Below, piece after piece: positions 46,487 to 56,862 of a stretch of 64,000 nt of DNA. Position numbers and translations under genes: made by a program. The notes under the pieces were generated by a model. It was not told the DNA's origin, made no database searches, and was given only the letters and a program-made list of their open reading frames with translations. Position 1 is the stretch's first letter. The number at the start of each line of letters is the position of its first letter. Origin of the DNA: Thermonemataceae bacterium (GTDB lineage Bacteria > Bacteroidota > Bacteroidia > Cytophagales > Thermonemataceae); the NCBI GenBank assembly GCA_033762275.1, contig JANRLU010000092.1, forward strand, positions 32,479 through 96,478. Direction: 5' to 3'.

Positions 46487-49400
46487 CTAATAATTCAGTA
46501 CAGGACTGAGCCAGCGTTCAGCTTCTTCCAAAGTCATTTTTTTGCGTTGGGCATAGTCTATCACTTGGTCTTTAGCTATTTTACCCAAACCAAAATATTT
46601 ACTTTCAGCATTAGCAAAATACATACCCGAAACAGCAGCCGTAGGGTACATTGCATAGCTTTCTGTAAGCGTTATACCTATTTTTTCAGAGGCTTGTAAA
46701 AGTTCAAAAATGAATCCTTTTTCGGTATGGTCAGGGCAAGCAGGATACCCTGGGGCAGGGCGTATGCCCTTGTATTTTTCCTTGATTAATTCCTCATTAC
46801 TTAGTTTTTCGTCTTTGGCATAGCCCCAAAACTCTTTACGTACTCGCTCGTGCATTAGTTCGGCGAAGGCTTCTGCGAGACGGTCAGCAATGGCTTTTAT
46901 CATAATAGAATTATAGTCATCGTGGTCTTTTTCGTAAGCCTCCACGAGTTTTTCAATGCCAATGCCAGCCGTAACAGCAAAAAAGCCTATGTAATCGATT
47001 TTCTGCGTTGGCTGTGGTGCTATAAAATCTGCGAGGGCAAAATTTGGTAAGCCTTCTGCTTTTTCGTTTTGTTGGCGGAGTGTGTGAAGCACGCCTTTTG
47101 TGTTCTCTGTGATAGGTTGGTAGTGTTTGTGGAGATGTTCGCCGTGTTTATCACATTTCGTTTTTACTTCCGTTTCTTTAAAATCATATAAAATAATGTC
47201 ATCGTCTATGCTATTACAAGGATAAAACCCTATGACAGCGTTGGCTTGTAAAGATTTTTCTTCAATTACTTTGCTAAGCATTTTTTGAGCATCAGCATAA
47301 AGTTTTTTCGCTTCATTCCCAACTATCTCATCATCAAGTATTTGCGGAAACTTCCCTGCCAGCTCCCAAGTTTGGAAGAAGGGCGTCCAATCTATGTATT
47401 TTGCTATTTCAGCCAAATCATAGGCTATAAAATGTTGATTTCCTAAAAATGTGGGCGTAGTTATTTGTGTATTTTCCCAATCTGTGTTCCATTTATTTTT
47501 GCGAGCTTCTGCGAGTGTTCTATAATTTTTCTCTGATTTTCTATTCAAAAAATCTTCTCTTATTTGATGATACTCTTGCTTAATTTCGGTGATAAACTTT
47601 TGGCTTTCACCTACTTCTTTCGTGAGTAATTTGCTGGCAACAGGCACACTTCGGCTGGCATCAAGTACGTGTATGACTGCACCAGAGTAATGTTGAGCTA
47701 TTTTTACAGCAGTATGGGCTTTTGAGGTAGTCGCTCCACCTATTAGTAAGGGTGTTTTAAAACCTTCTCTTTCCATTTCCTTGGCTACACCAACCATCTC
47801 ATCGAGGCTTGGTGTAATCAGCCCTGAAAGCCCTATAATATCAACTTTTTCTTTTTTGGCAGCCTCTAAGATTTTTTGTGTAGGCACCATCACGCCCAAA
47901 TCAATAATTTCAAAGCCATTACAAGCTAAGACTACGCCTACAATATTTTTACCAATGTCGTGTACATCTCCTTTTACCGTTGCCAGCAATATTTTACCTG
48001 CCTTCGAGGTATCTGCATTTTGTAATTTTTCTTCCTCCATAAATGGCAAAAGGTAAGCTACTGCTTTTTTCATTACTCTCGCAGATTTTACAACCTGTGG
48101 TAAAAACATTTTCCCTTCCCCAAATAAATCTCCAACAATGTTCATTCCGTCCATCAACGGACCTTCTATAATTTGCAAAGCACTTGGGTACAACTGACGA
48201 GCTTCCTCTGTGTCCGCCTCTACGAAATCTGTAATACCTTTGATAAGAGAATGAGCAAGGCGTTTTTCTACGGCTTCATTTCTCCAAGTCAGGTCTAATT
48301 CTTGGCTTTTACCAGATTTATCTTTGATATTTTCGGCAAAACTTACTAATCTTTCAGTTGCGTCGGAACGCCTATTCCAGAGTACATCTTCAACAAGCTC
48401 CAACAAATCTTTGGGGATTTCCTCATAAACCGCTAACTGCCCTGCATTTACAATCCCCATATCCATTCCTGCTTTGATGGCTTTATACAAAAATGCGGAG
48501 TGCATTGCCTCGCGAACCACCTCATTGCCCCTGAAACTAAAAGAAATGTTACTTACGCCACCCGAAACTTTGGCATAAGGCAGATTTTCTTTTATCCAAC
48601 GTGTGGCGTTCACAAAATCTACGGCATAATTATTATGCTCTTCTATACCTGTGGCAACTGTTAGGATATTAGGGTCAAAAATAATATCCTCAGGAGGGAA
48701 ATTTAGCTTTTGTGTAAGAATATCATAAGCTCTTTTACAAATCTCAATGCGTCTTTCATAGCTATCAGCTTGCCCTTGCTCATCAAAAGCCATTACAATT
48801 ACAGCTGCTCCATATTTTTTAACCAAATTAGCTTTTTTCAAAAACTCTTCCTCTCCTTCCTTCAAAGAGATAGAGTTTACAACTGCTTTTCCTTGTACGC
48901 ATTTCAAACCTGCCTCAATGACGCTCCATTTGGAGCTATCTATCATAATAGGTAATTTGGCAATATCTGGTTCAGAAGCTATAAGATTTAAGAATTTTAC
49001 CATTACCGCCTCAGAATCCAACATTCCTTCATCCATATTTACATCTATCATTTGAGCTCCGCCCTCTACTTGGCTACGAGCCACGGCAAGAGCTTCCTCA
49101 TACTTTTCCTCTCGGATAAGCCTTGCAAAAGCCTTCGAGCCTGTTACGTTGGTACGCTCTCCTACATTGATAAATCTAATTTCTTTGGTGGCTTTTAGAG
49201 GCTCTAAGCCGGCATATTTGGAAATTTCATCTTTTGGAGGAAGTGGGCGAGGCTTATATTTTTTAGCAGCTTCCGCAATGAGTTTAATGTGCTCTGGTGT
49301 GGTGCCACAACAGCCGCCAATGATGTTTAGGAGTTTATCTTGCAAAAAACCATCAATAATAGCTGCCATTTCTTCAGGGCTTTGGTCGTATTCGCCAAAA

Positions 49401-50230
49401 GCATTAGGCAAACCAGCGTTTGGGTGGGCTGATGTGAAAAAAGAGGATTTATGAGCTATTTCTTCGGAATGAGGACGAAGTAAATCAGCTCCTAAAGCAC
49501 AGTTAAAGCCAATAGAAAGCAAGGGTAGATGAGACATAGAAATCATAAAGGCTTCGGCAGTTTGCCCCGAAAGTGTACGCCCTGAAGCGTCTGTAATTGT
49601 TCCAGACACCATAATAGGTAATTTCTTGCCCGTTTTCTCAAAGAAACTTTCTATGGCAAATAAAGCGGCTTTAGCATTAAGGGTATCAAAAATAGTTTCA
49701 ACCAACAAAATATCTGCTCCACCATCTACCAAACCTCTAATTTGCTCGGTATAGGCTTCTACCAATTCATCAAAAGTGATAGCTCTAAACCCTGGATTAT
49801 TAACATCAGGGGAGAGAGAAGTTGTTTTGCTGGTAGGTCCTAAAGAGCCTGCCACAAAACGAGGTTTTTCTGGCTCTCTTTGGGTAAACTCCTCACAAAC
49901 TTCCTTCGCAATTTTAGCTGACTGATGATTAAGTTCATATACCAAGTCTTGCATTTGATAATCTGCCATTGAAACAGAAGTGCTATTAAATGTATTCGTT
50001 TCAATGATATCAGCACCTGCTTCCAAGTATTTTTTATGAATTTCTTTAATAATATGAGGTTGTGTGATAGAAAGTAAATCATTATTCCCTTTCAAATCGT
50101 GGGGAAAATCTTTAAATCTTTCACCTCTATAGTCTTCTTCGGTCAGTTTATACTGCTGAATCATTGTTCCCATTGCACCATCCAGCACAAGGATTCTATC
50201 TTTCAGTATTTCGTAAATGTTCGTTGCCAT
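46487..50230 (-). CDS. metH: cobalamin-dependent methionine synthase
   Basis: 1247 aa with all modules: Hcy (GGCCGT), pterin, B12 (GDVHDIGKN) and the AdoMet activation domain. Confidence 0.95.
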   Translation of the reverse strand: MATNIYEILKDRILVLDGAMGTMIQQYKLTEEDYRGERFKDFPHDLKGNNDLLSITQPHIIKEIHKKYLEAGADIIETNTFNSTSVSMADYQMQDLVYELNHQSAKIAKEVCEEFTQREPEKPRFVAGSLGPTSKTTSLSPDVNNPGFRAITFDELVEAYTEQIRGLVDGGADILLVETIFDTLNAKAALFAIESFFEKTGKKLPIMVSGTITDASGRTLSGQTAEAFMISMSHLPLLSIGFNCALGADLLRPHSEEIAHKSSFFTSAHPNAGLPNAFGEYDQSPEEMAAIIDGFLQDKLLNIIGGCCGTTPEHIKLIAEAAKKYKPRPLPPKDEISKYAGLEPLKATKEIRFINVGERTNVTGSKAFARLIREEKYEEALAVARSQVEGGAQMIDVNMDEGMLDSEAVMVKFLNLIASEPDIAKLPIMIDSSKWSVIEAGLKCVQGKAVVNSISLKEGEEEFLKKANLVKKYGAAVIVMAFDEQGQADSYERRIEICKRAYDILTQKLNFPPEDIIFDPNILTVATGIEEHNNYAVDFVNATRWIKENLPYAKVSGGVSNISFSFRGNEVVREAMHSAFLYKAIKAGMDMGIVNAGQLAVYEEIPKDLLELVEDVLWNRRSDATERLVSFAENIKDKSGKSQELDLTWRNEAVEKRLAHSLIKGITDFVEADTEEARQLYPSALQIIEGPLMDGMNIVGDLFGEGKMFLPQVVKSARVMKKAVAYLLPFMEEEKLQNADTSKAGKILLATVKGDVHDIGKNIVGVVLACNGFEIIDLGVMVPTQKILEAAKKEKVDIIGLSGLITPSLDEMVGVAKEMEREGFKTPLLIGGATTSKAHTAVKIAQHYSGAVIHVLDASRSVPVASKLLTKEVGESQKFITEIKQEYHQIREDFLNRKSEKNYRTLAEARKNKWNTDWENTQITTPTFLGNQHFIAYDLAEIAKYIDWTPFFQTWELAGKFPQILDDEIVGNEAKKLYADAQKMLSKVIEEKSLQANAVIGFYPCNSIDDDIILYDFKETEVKTKCDKHGEHLHKHYQPITENTKGVLHTLRQQNEKAEGLPNFALADFIAPQPTQKIDYIGFFAVTAGIGIEKLVEAYEKDHDDYNSIMIKAIADRLAEAFAELMHERVRKEFWGYAKDEKLSNEELIKEKYKGIRPAPGYPACPDHTEKGFIFELLQASEKIGITLTESYAMYPTAAVSGMYFANAESKYFGLGKIAKDQVIDYAQRKKMTLEEAERWLSPVLNY

Positions 50231-50261
50231 TTTTGTATATAATTATAATCTTAATCTATCT

Positions 50262-50477
50262 TTAAAACTCCTTCACCAATTCAAATCTTTTTATTTTTTT
50301 ACCTTCTAATTCTATTTCTTCTACAAACATAGCCAATGGTCGTACCCAAACGCCATATTCGCCATACAAAGCTCTATAAACGACCAACTTTTCGCCTGTT
50401 TCGGAGTGAGTGGCGGTTTCTAAAACTTCGTATAAATTGTTTTTGTAGTGTTTGTAAATACCTTTAGGTATAGCCAT
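50262..50477 (-). CDS. DUF1653-like small protein
   Basis: [11 protein letters not shown]...[28 protein letters not shown] matches my recollection of DUF1653. I use the ATG at 50477. Confidence 0.65.
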   Translation of the reverse strand: MAIPKGIYKHYKNNLYEVLETATHSETGEKLVVYRALYGEYGVWVRPLAMFVEEIELEGKKIKRFELVKEF

Positions 50478-50557
50478 TGTTATGCGTTTGAATCTACTAT
50501 TGAAATCCAAAAAGGTGATTGCATAAAATAAGCGTAGGCATTTGCAGAAAGGCTTAC

Positions 50558-50672
50558 ACTTATCTTTCTCAAAATTTTTAGTTTTGAGAGGGAATTGGCA
50601 CCATTTTCTTTTTTATGTTGGAACGGTTGCCAAGCCTTCACAGACCCCTTGTCTCTGGCTTTCTGGATAAGT
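50558..50672 (-). promoter_or_regulatory. SAM-I (S-box) riboswitch aptamer
   Basis: Minus-strand RNA: P1 CUUAUC...GAUAAG, P2 AAGCC/GGCUU enclosing GAGACAAGGGGUCUGUGAA, then GGCAACC and the conserved GGUGCCAAUUCC, and P4 UCUCAAAA/UUUUGAGA. Confidence 0.8.
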
Positions 50673-50763
50673 TTCGTATTGCTAACAATAAAACTTAGCA
50701 TAAAGTTTATTTTCTTTAAAATTATTGTAAGTATTTTTAGCCTCTAAAAAAGTAAAAATACAT

Positions 50764-50789
50764 AAAAAAAGGGGCTAAAGCCCCTTTTT
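50764..50789 (-). terminator. rho-independent terminator of rpsA
   Basis: GGGGC-taaa-GCCCC stem, followed on the minus strand by T7, directly after the rpsA stop. Confidence 0.7.
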
Positions 50790-50790
50790 A

Positions 50791-52566
50791 CTATTCTGCT
50801 GTTTCTTCTTCGTCTTTTTTCTTCTTGGTTGCCTTTTTCTTAGATTTATCTTCCGAAATTTCGGCAATCTCAGCTAAAGTTTCTGGAGTTGCAGTCGCTA
50901 TTTCTGTTTTCACTACTTCCTTTTTATCCTCTGTTTCAGCATAAGTAGCCAAGTGAGAAAGCACTATTCTTTTATCTGCTTTTACAAATTCAACCACTTT
51001 GAAATCAAGGGTTTCTCCAGTTTCGGGAGTAGAACCGTCTTGTTTCACAAGATTTTTAGTATTGCAGAACCCTTCTATACCATAAGGCAACTCCAAAGTA
51101 ACTCCTTTTTCTGCTTTGGCAATCACTGTGCATTTATGTACAGAACCTTCTGTAAAGATTGTTTCAAAAGTATCCCAAGGATTTTCTTCTAATTGCTTAT
51201 GTCCAAGAGCTAAACGTCTATTTTCCACATCTAACTCCAATACTTTCACCTCCAACTCATCTCCTACTTTTACAAATTCTGAAGTTTGTTTGATTTTCTT
51301 TGTCCAAGAAAGGTCTGATACGTGTACAAGCCCGTCTACACCCTCTTCTAATTCCAAGAACAAGCCGAAGTTAGTGAGGTTACGCACAATACCTTTATGC
51401 TTTGTACCTACCGCATATTTCTCAATCATTTCTTGTTTTGTCCAAGGGTCTTCGGTAAGTTGTTTGATACCCAAAGACATTTTTCTTTCATCTCTATCTA
51501 AAGTAAGTACAACAGCTTCAGCATCATCACCTACTTTAAGGAAATCTTGAGGATTACGCAAATGCTGAGACCAAGACATCTCCGAAACGTGGATAAGCCC
51601 TTCTACACCTGGCATAATTTCTAAGAAAGCACCATAGTCCGCTACGTTTACAATTTTACCACTTACCTTAGAACCTACATCAATACCTGACTCCAAAGAC
51701 TCCCAAGGATGAGGTGTAAGTTGCTTCATTCCCAAAGAAATACGCTTTTTATCATCATCAAAATCTAATACTACCACGCGTACTTTTTGGTCTAAGTTGA
51801 GAACCTCCTCAGGGTGTGTAACTCTTCCCCAAGAAATATCTGTAATATGGAGCAAACCATCAACACCACCCAAATCTATAAATACCCCGAAATTTGTCAT
51901 ATTCTTGATAACACCTTCCAAAACCTGACCACGCTCTAAGTTAGCCAAGATAGTTCCTCTTTGCTCTTCTAAGTCTTTCTCTATCAATACTTTATGAGAA
52001 ACCACTACGTTATCGTTGGTGTAATTGATTTTGATAACTTTTACCTCCATCTTCTTGCCTACAAATACATCAAAGTCGCGAATAGGCTTCACATCAATCT
52101 GAGAACCAGGTAAGAACGACTCTATGCCAAAAATATCTACAATCAAACCACCTTTTGTTCTACGTTTCACGAAACCTTCTATCACAGTATCCTCATCAAG
52201 TGCTCTTTGTATTTTATCCCAAGCCGTCAGGATTTTAGCCTTCTTGCGAGAAAGCTCAATTTGCCCTGTTTTGCTCTCTTTTTTCTCAATAAAGACTTCT
52301 ACTTCATCACCTATTTTTAGCTCTGGCATATCTCTAAACTCTGAGCGAGGCACCAAACCGTCAGCTTTAAAGCCAATATCCACTACCACATCTCTATCAT
52401 TGATGGTTACTACTTTTCCGATAACCACTTTGTTTTCTTCTACTTCATTAAGAGTAGCACCATACATTTCAGCCATTTTTTGCTGTTCTTCTTTGGTATA
52501 AGTTCCTCCGAAGCTCTTGTTGTTTTCCAACAAATCCCAATTAAAGTCTGTTTTTGAATTACTCAT
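50791..52566 (-). CDS. rpsA: 30S ribosomal protein S1
   Basis: 591 aa with six S1/OB repeats (GxV..v..fGaFvdl pattern) and a Lys/Glu-rich tail. Confidence 0.95.
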   Translation of the reverse strand: MSNSKTDFNWDLLENNKSFGGTYTKEEQQKMAEMYGATLNEVEENKVVIGKVVTINDRDVVVDIGFKADGLVPRSEFRDMPELKIGDEVEVFIEKKESKTGQIELSRKKAKILTAWDKIQRALDEDTVIEGFVKRRTKGGLIVDIFGIESFLPGSQIDVKPIRDFDVFVGKKMEVKVIKINYTNDNVVVSHKVLIEKDLEEQRGTILANLERGQVLEGVIKNMTNFGVFIDLGGVDGLLHITDISWGRVTHPEEVLNLDQKVRVVVLDFDDDKKRISLGMKQLTPHPWESLESGIDVGSKVSGKIVNVADYGAFLEIMPGVEGLIHVSEMSWSQHLRNPQDFLKVGDDAEAVVLTLDRDERKMSLGIKQLTEDPWTKQEMIEKYAVGTKHKGIVRNLTNFGLFLELEEGVDGLVHVSDLSWTKKIKQTSEFVKVGDELEVKVLELDVENRRLALGHKQLEENPWDTFETIFTEGSVHKCTVIAKAEKGVTLELPYGIEGFCNTKNLVKQDGSTPETGETLDFKVVEFVKADKRIVLSHLATYAETEDKKEVVKTEIATATPETLAEIAEISEDKSKKKATKKKKDEEETAE

Positions 52567-52647
52567 ATTTATTGTGCCCTTTTTACGCCGATTTCTTGGG
52601 CAAGGAGAATCGGTTTTTTTAGTGAAACATTATTTTAAAATGGACTG

Positions 52648-52677
52648 CAAAGGTATGGCTTTTTTGTTGATAATCAA
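52648..52677 (-). promoter_or_regulatory. TTG-N19-TAccTTTG promoter for rpsA
   Basis: On the plus strand, CAAAGGTA at 52648-52655 and CAA at 52675-52677, with a 19-nt spacer. Confidence 0.4.
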
Positions 52678-52707
52678 AAAATTCTGTAAAAAATAAGCGT
52701 AAATTTT

Positions 52708-53325
52708 TCAACTTTCTTGCAGATGTGATAAGCTATTATGCGTAAGAATATGAAAAGCGGAGCCAGTATATCTCAAATGGTAAAAAGAGGTGTTTCGGTG
52801 TTCAAAATAATCCATATATTTTAGTGGATAGCCCAACCACCAAGCCAACAAAATACGCATAGCTCTGCCGTGTGAGCATACCATAATTTCGGTGGCTGCA
52901 TCTTTTAGCAAAACTTTTGTAAAAATTTGTTGTCTATATTGCACTTCATCAGGGGTTTCTCCTTCTGTAATGGCTACATTAGTTTGCCCATTTCTCCAAG
53001 CTGACGTATAAAAAAGATACTCTTGATGTGCTTCTTTTGTAAAAGGCTTTCCCTCGTGTATGCCCCAACTAATTTCGTCTAAACCTTCGTGCTTTTCTAC
53101 CTCTACATTTTTCTTAAAAAATTGCTCAACCGTTTGTTGCGTACGTTTCAGCGTGGAGATATAAATTTTTTGCAGTGGTAAATGCTGATAGTGTTCGTAA
53201 AATTTCCGAGCTTGTTCCAATCCCGTTTCATTGAGGTCTGCATCTATACCTTTACCTTGTACCATCCCTTTTCGGTTGTACTCGGTTTCTGCGTGTCTGA
53301 GAAGATAAATATTTTTAGGAAACAT
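52708..53325 (-). CDS. histidine phosphatase family protein (PGM/CobC-like)
   Basis: IYLLRHAETEYN catalytic motif and a C-terminal SHG. I use the ATG at 53325. The track start at 53400 would overlap the upstream gene by 64 nt. Confidence 0.8.
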   Translation of the reverse strand: MFPKNIYLLRHAETEYNRKGMVQGKGIDADLNETGLEQARKFYEHYQHLPLQKIYISTLKRTQQTVEQFFKKNVEVEKHEGLDEISWGIHEGKPFTKEAHQEYLFYTSAWRNGQTNVAITEGETPDEVQYRQQIFTKVLLKDAATEIMVCSHGRAMRILLAWWLGYPLKYMDYFEHRNTSFYHLRYTGSAFHILTHNSLSHLQES

Positions 53326-53336
53326 TTTTTTAGTTT

Positions 53337-54044
53337 TTACTGAATACTCCTCACCAACACAAAAGCCTCTGCCAAAGGTTTGCCTACGACTACGCCCCAA
53401 CGCTGTGCCAAAATACGCAAAGCCTCTGGAGAACGTGGGTGCGGAAACTCACGCTTTTCGAACTCATAACTTTCCATACCTTTGATTTTTGCCTCCAAAC
53501 TTTCGGGTTCAAAACTTACAAAAAAATTAGGCAAAAAAGGATTAGGATAATTAAAAGCCTGCCACTCGGTAGAAGAGGGTGTTTCGAAAGTAAAAATACT
53601 TTTTACTAGCTCGTGTGCCATAGGGCGTGTGGCGGTGATAACTGCCTCAAAAGTGCGGCGATGGTCTATGTTGGTATCGCTGCCGTGATGCGTAAAAATA
53701 ATTTCGGGCTGAAAATCTTGTTTTTCTTTTTCTATGACTTTTACCAAATCGAGCAGGGCTACGGTATCAAAGCGGTTATCAGCAAAATCGTAGATGCCTA
53801 CACTTTGGTAGCCAATACATTTTTGGGCTGTATAGATGTTGTTTCTATGAATATCGAGTTCTTTCTGCCATTGTTCTCTATCTCTGGCATCGGCTCTTGA
53901 GGTAATGCCCTCACCCAAAATAATCACACGCACTTGTGCTTGAGCGTTCTTGATAAGGTGGTGCATGGTAGCCCCTAAACCTAGTAGTTCATCATCAGGA
54001 TGGGCTACTACTACTAGGATTTTTTTGTTTTCAAAATTTATCAT
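53337..54044 (-). CDS. PIG-L/LmbE-family N-deacetylase
   Basis: VVVAHPDDELLG zinc-binding motif and HxDH (NIDH). Confidence 0.85.
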   Translation of the reverse strand: MINFENKKILVVVAHPDDELLGLGATMHHLIKNAQAQVRVIILGEGITSRADARDREQWQKELDIHRNNIYTAQKCIGYQSVGIYDFADNRFDTVALLDLVKVIEKEKQDFQPEIIFTHHGSDTNIDHRRTFEAVITATRPMAHELVKSIFTFETPSSTEWQAFNYPNPFLPNFFVSFEPESLEAKIKGMESYEFEKREFPHPRSPEALRILAQRWGVVVGKPLAEAFVLVRSIQ

Positions 54045-54742
54045 ACTACAAAATTTCTTCCCTTTCGTATAATTTCTATGCTTTCATCACCACAATTAAA
54101 TAATAAATCTAAAATAGACATATAAGGTTCAAAACCTTCAAATCTTTGTGGATATTTCGGGTGTTGATACTCTTGAAAAAGAACTTTTATGTTTTTAGCT
54201 TGGAATTTGCCTATTTCTAAATAATCTCTTCCTAATTTCCCAGAAATATAAGTTAAAGCACCTACCTTTTCGCACAAATCCAATACTAAATCGGATTTTG
54301 TGCTTTCTATTTGGAGACTACTGCTGTATAAAATTTCCGTTTTAATGTGTAGAGACGCTAAAAAAAATTGATTAAGTGTTTCAGTTATATCTATCAACTT
54401 TTGCCAATCTTGAGTATATATTTTTTCTAATTCATAAAAATACTTTTCAAAAAATGGCGACTTGCTATAATTCTGTTGAATACTAGTTAAGTGTTTTTTT
54501 GCCCACTTTGTTTTATCGTCAGTCAAAATAGTATCGATAGCCAAATCCCCAAATCTACCTTTGCTTTGAATAGGTACTGTCAGCCAAATACCACCGTTAC
54601 TACTGAGTATTTTATTTCGGTTGACGAAACTATTTTTTTCAAATTGAACGTGGTCTAGAACTATGTATTTATCTACGTAATCAATTCTATCAAAATACCC
54701 CAACCAAGGTAAATACGCAGGCTGATTAATGGCTACTATCAT
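54041..54742 (-). CDS. WbqC-family protein
   Basis: The N-terminus MIVAINQPAYLPWLGYFDRI is characteristic of the WbqC-like family. I chose the ATG at 54742. Confidence 0.75.
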   Translation of the reverse strand: MIVAINQPAYLPWLGYFDRIDYVDKYIVLDHVQFEKNSFVNRNKILSSNGGIWLTVPIQSKGRFGDLAIDTILTDDKTKWAKKHLTSIQQNYSKSPFFEKYFYELEKIYTQDWQKLIDITETLNQFFLASLHIKTEILYSSSLQIESTKSDLVLDLCEKVGALTYISGKLGRDYLEIGKFQAKNIKVLFQEYQHPKYPQRFEGFEPYMSILDLLFNCGDESIEIIRKGRNFVV

Positions 54743-55349
54743 AATTATTTTGAGGTTTTTTATACATATAAATGGTAAAATCTCTTGAGTGATAGTCTTG
54801 CCTAAGGACAACCCAAGGCGTGATAGATTGACAATATTTTAGAGTTTCGATTGGGTCAGCATAAAACTCTCCATCTTCTTGATCTTTTGCATGGGTACTC
54901 AAAGAATTGAATGCTACAACTTCATTAGCATAATCAAACATTTTTTTAATAAAGTTTTCCATTATATTTTTAGCATTATCACCTAATAGATAGAAAATAC
55001 CGTTGCTTGTAACAATATCGTATTTTTGTATTGGAGGCTCATCAAATACATTTTTTAAATACACTTTTAGTTCAGGGTGTAATTGTTGTGCTTTGATAAT
55101 CATTTCATTTGATATATCTACCCCTTCATATTTTACATTATTGTATAAATTTTTCAAGAAAACTCCAAAGTCTGCAAAGCCACAACCTATATCTAATATA
55201 CTTTTGTTATCATAAATAGTGGCTTCGCTCATTACTTTAAATTTAACTCTTTGCGAGTGAGGGCTTCCATAATCACAGGCTCTAGGATTGTATCCATATT
55301 TCAAGACTAAATTATCGTAGTAATTGCTAATTTTATCTAAATTATTCAT
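54726..55349 (-). CDS. class I SAM-dependent methyltransferase
   Basis: Motif I ILDIGCGFADFG, then YDIVTSNGIF. Confidence 0.8.
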   Translation of the reverse strand: MNNLDKISNYYDNLVLKYGYNPRACDYGSPHSQRVKFKVMSEATIYDNKSILDIGCGFADFGVFLKNLYNNVKYEGVDISNEMIIKAQQLHPELKVYLKNVFDEPPIQKYDIVTSNGIFYLLGDNAKNIMENFIKKMFDYANEVVAFNSLSTHAKDQEDGEFYADPIETLKYCQSITPWVVLRQDYHSRDFTIYMYKKPQNNYDSSH

Positions 55350-56862
55350 TGTGGATATGATTTAATGATTCCATAATTACTTTTATTACGAGTTCTTGCT
55401 CTTCCAAACGTAAAGTCGGATAAATAGGCAAAGAAATAACTTCTTCATAAGCAGCTTTGGCATTCGGAAATTTCTCAATTTCATTTTCAAGCCAATTTTC
55501 AATAGGTTTAGCTATGCCAACGTTCTTTGACGATACTTTTTCAACAAATTCTTTCTGTTTTATTCTTACCCTAATTGGGAATCTATACCAAACTTTGTCA
55601 TGATGAAATTTGGGCAAACTAAAAAATGTATATTTTTGTTCTAATTCTTTGAGCATTTCATAGTATCTGCGGGCTACTTCCTCTCTTTTGATGATGAAAT
55701 CTTCTATTCTATGAAGTTGAGTGGCTAAAATTGCCGCTTCTAAATCACTCATTTTATCATTCAGGCGTTTAGCAGAAGGTTTTTTATCTGTATAATCTCG
55801 CCAATCACGTACAAATTCTGCTATTTCGCTATCATCAGTCATAACCACGCCACCTTCTCCGCTGCCAACAAATTTGGTCGCATAAAAAGATGAAATAGAA
55901 ATTTGACCTTTATTACCCATATTCGCCTTTAATAATCCATGAGCACAATCCTCTATAATAGCTATGTTCTTTCTGATTTTTAAAGATATAGGATTACCAA
56001 ATGTATTAACTCCAATGATTGCCTTTGTTTTATCCGATATATGTTGGTTTATATTTTCATCGGTTATATTAAAATCTATAGGAGATATATCCACCGGGAT
56101 AGGAGTAGCCCCGACAGATAGTACAGCATTGACAAGTGCAACACAACAATAGGCAGGCATCAATACTTCATCATTTTTTTTGATATCCAATGCCAATAAA
56201 GACAGCCTTAAAGCCGATAATCCGGAGGAAACTAAAATACTATACTTTCTTTGTGTTAGTTCACATAACTTTTTTTCAACCTCTTGCACCTTTTTGCCAC
56301 CAGCCCAGTAACCAGTCGCTACCACACGTGAAATAGCATCTATTTCTTCTTGCCCAAAAGTTAGCCTATTATGAGGAATTTTTTTCTTATTGCTATGCAT
56401 ATAAAGGTAATGATCGTTTGGAATATTAATCCGTAGAGATTTTGCCTCTAATATTCTTATGAAATTAGCTTTCTCAAAGGCTCTTTGACTGTGCAAATTT
56501 GTCTTAATTACGAAAGCTGCAACACTGATATTTTCATATTTTTCCGACAAAATTTCTATTCCACTATTTATTGCTTTAGTCCCCAATCCTTGACCTATAT
56601 ATTCCTTTAACAGATATATGGAAATGACGTAAGTATTCTCGTATGCTTTTTTAAATGTTAGTTGCCCTATGGCTTTATTTTCAACCTCTATGACAAAAAC
56701 AATTAGATTGTCAGTATGTTGAACAGCTTCCTCAACCCACTTTTTATGCTCCTCCCAAGAAACTTCTCTTTGTTGAGAACCCAAATTTTTAATAAAATCA
56801 CTGTTACGCCACTCAAATATCATTTTGGCATCTTCTTCTCTTAATCTGCGAAGTGTAATCAT
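55342..56862 (-). CDS. fusion of a PseH-like GNAT N-acetyltransferase and a DegT/DnrJ/EryC1-family PLP aminotransferase
   Basis: Residues 1-~160 are GNAT (LRRLREEDAKMIFEWRN.., IGQGLG). Residues ~170-506 are DegT-like with a Schiff-base Lys context SFYATKFVGSGEGG. Confidence 0.85.
   Translation of the reverse strand: MITLRRLREEDAKMIFEWRNSDFIKNLGSQQREVSWEEHKKWVEEAVQHTDNLIVFVIEVENKAIGQLTFKKAYENTYVISIYLLKEYIGQGLGTKAINSGIEILSEKYENISVAAFVIKTNLHSQRAFEKANFIRILEAKSLRINIPNDHYLYMHSNKKKIPHNRLTFGQEEIDAISRVVATGYWAGGKKVQEVEKKLCELTQRKYSILVSSGLSALRLSLLALDIKKNDEVLMPAYCCVALVNAVLSVGATPIPVDISPIDFNITDENINQHISDKTKAIIGVNTFGNPISLKIRKNIAIIEDCAHGLLKANMGNKGQISISSFYATKFVGSGEGGVVMTDDSEIAEFVRDWRDYTDKKPSAKRLNDKMSDLEAAILATQLHRIEDFIIKREEVARRYYEMLKELEQKYTFFSLPKFHHDKVWYRFPIRVRIKQKEFVEKVSSKNVGIAKPIENWLENEIEKFPNAKAAYEEVISLPIYPTLRLEEQELVIKVIMESLNHIHNE

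Noticed and set aside
50511-50700. Cobalamin riboswitch hypothesis for the metH leader
   Set aside because: I saw no B12-box-like core. The sequence fits SAM-I motifs (GGUGCCAAUUCC, GGCAACC, P1 CUUAUC/GAUAAG). B12 control would also be unexpected for the B12-dependent enzyme.
50480-50701. 73-aa minus-strand ORF between rpsA and the DUF1653 gene
   Set aside because: It coincides with the SAM-I riboswitch aptamer. The RNA-structure explanation accounts for the conservation-like features better.
51116-52501. 144-aa and 125-aa plus-strand ORFs opposite rpsA
   Set aside because: They are Ser-rich shadows of the repetitive S1-domain coding sequence.
52583-52620. Hairpin plus T7 considered as a plus-strand terminator
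   Set aside because: No plus-strand gene ends upstream of it. It is kept only as a possible rpsA leader element (see findings).
53326-53400. Upstream start for the histidine phosphatase. Similar cases are 54743-54811 for WbqC, 17634-17690 for SixA, 50478-50510 for DUF1653 and 61489-61506 for pseG.
   Set aside because: The extensions overlap the preceding gene extensively or add non-homologous residues. Internal ATGs give canonical N-termini and short coupling overlaps.
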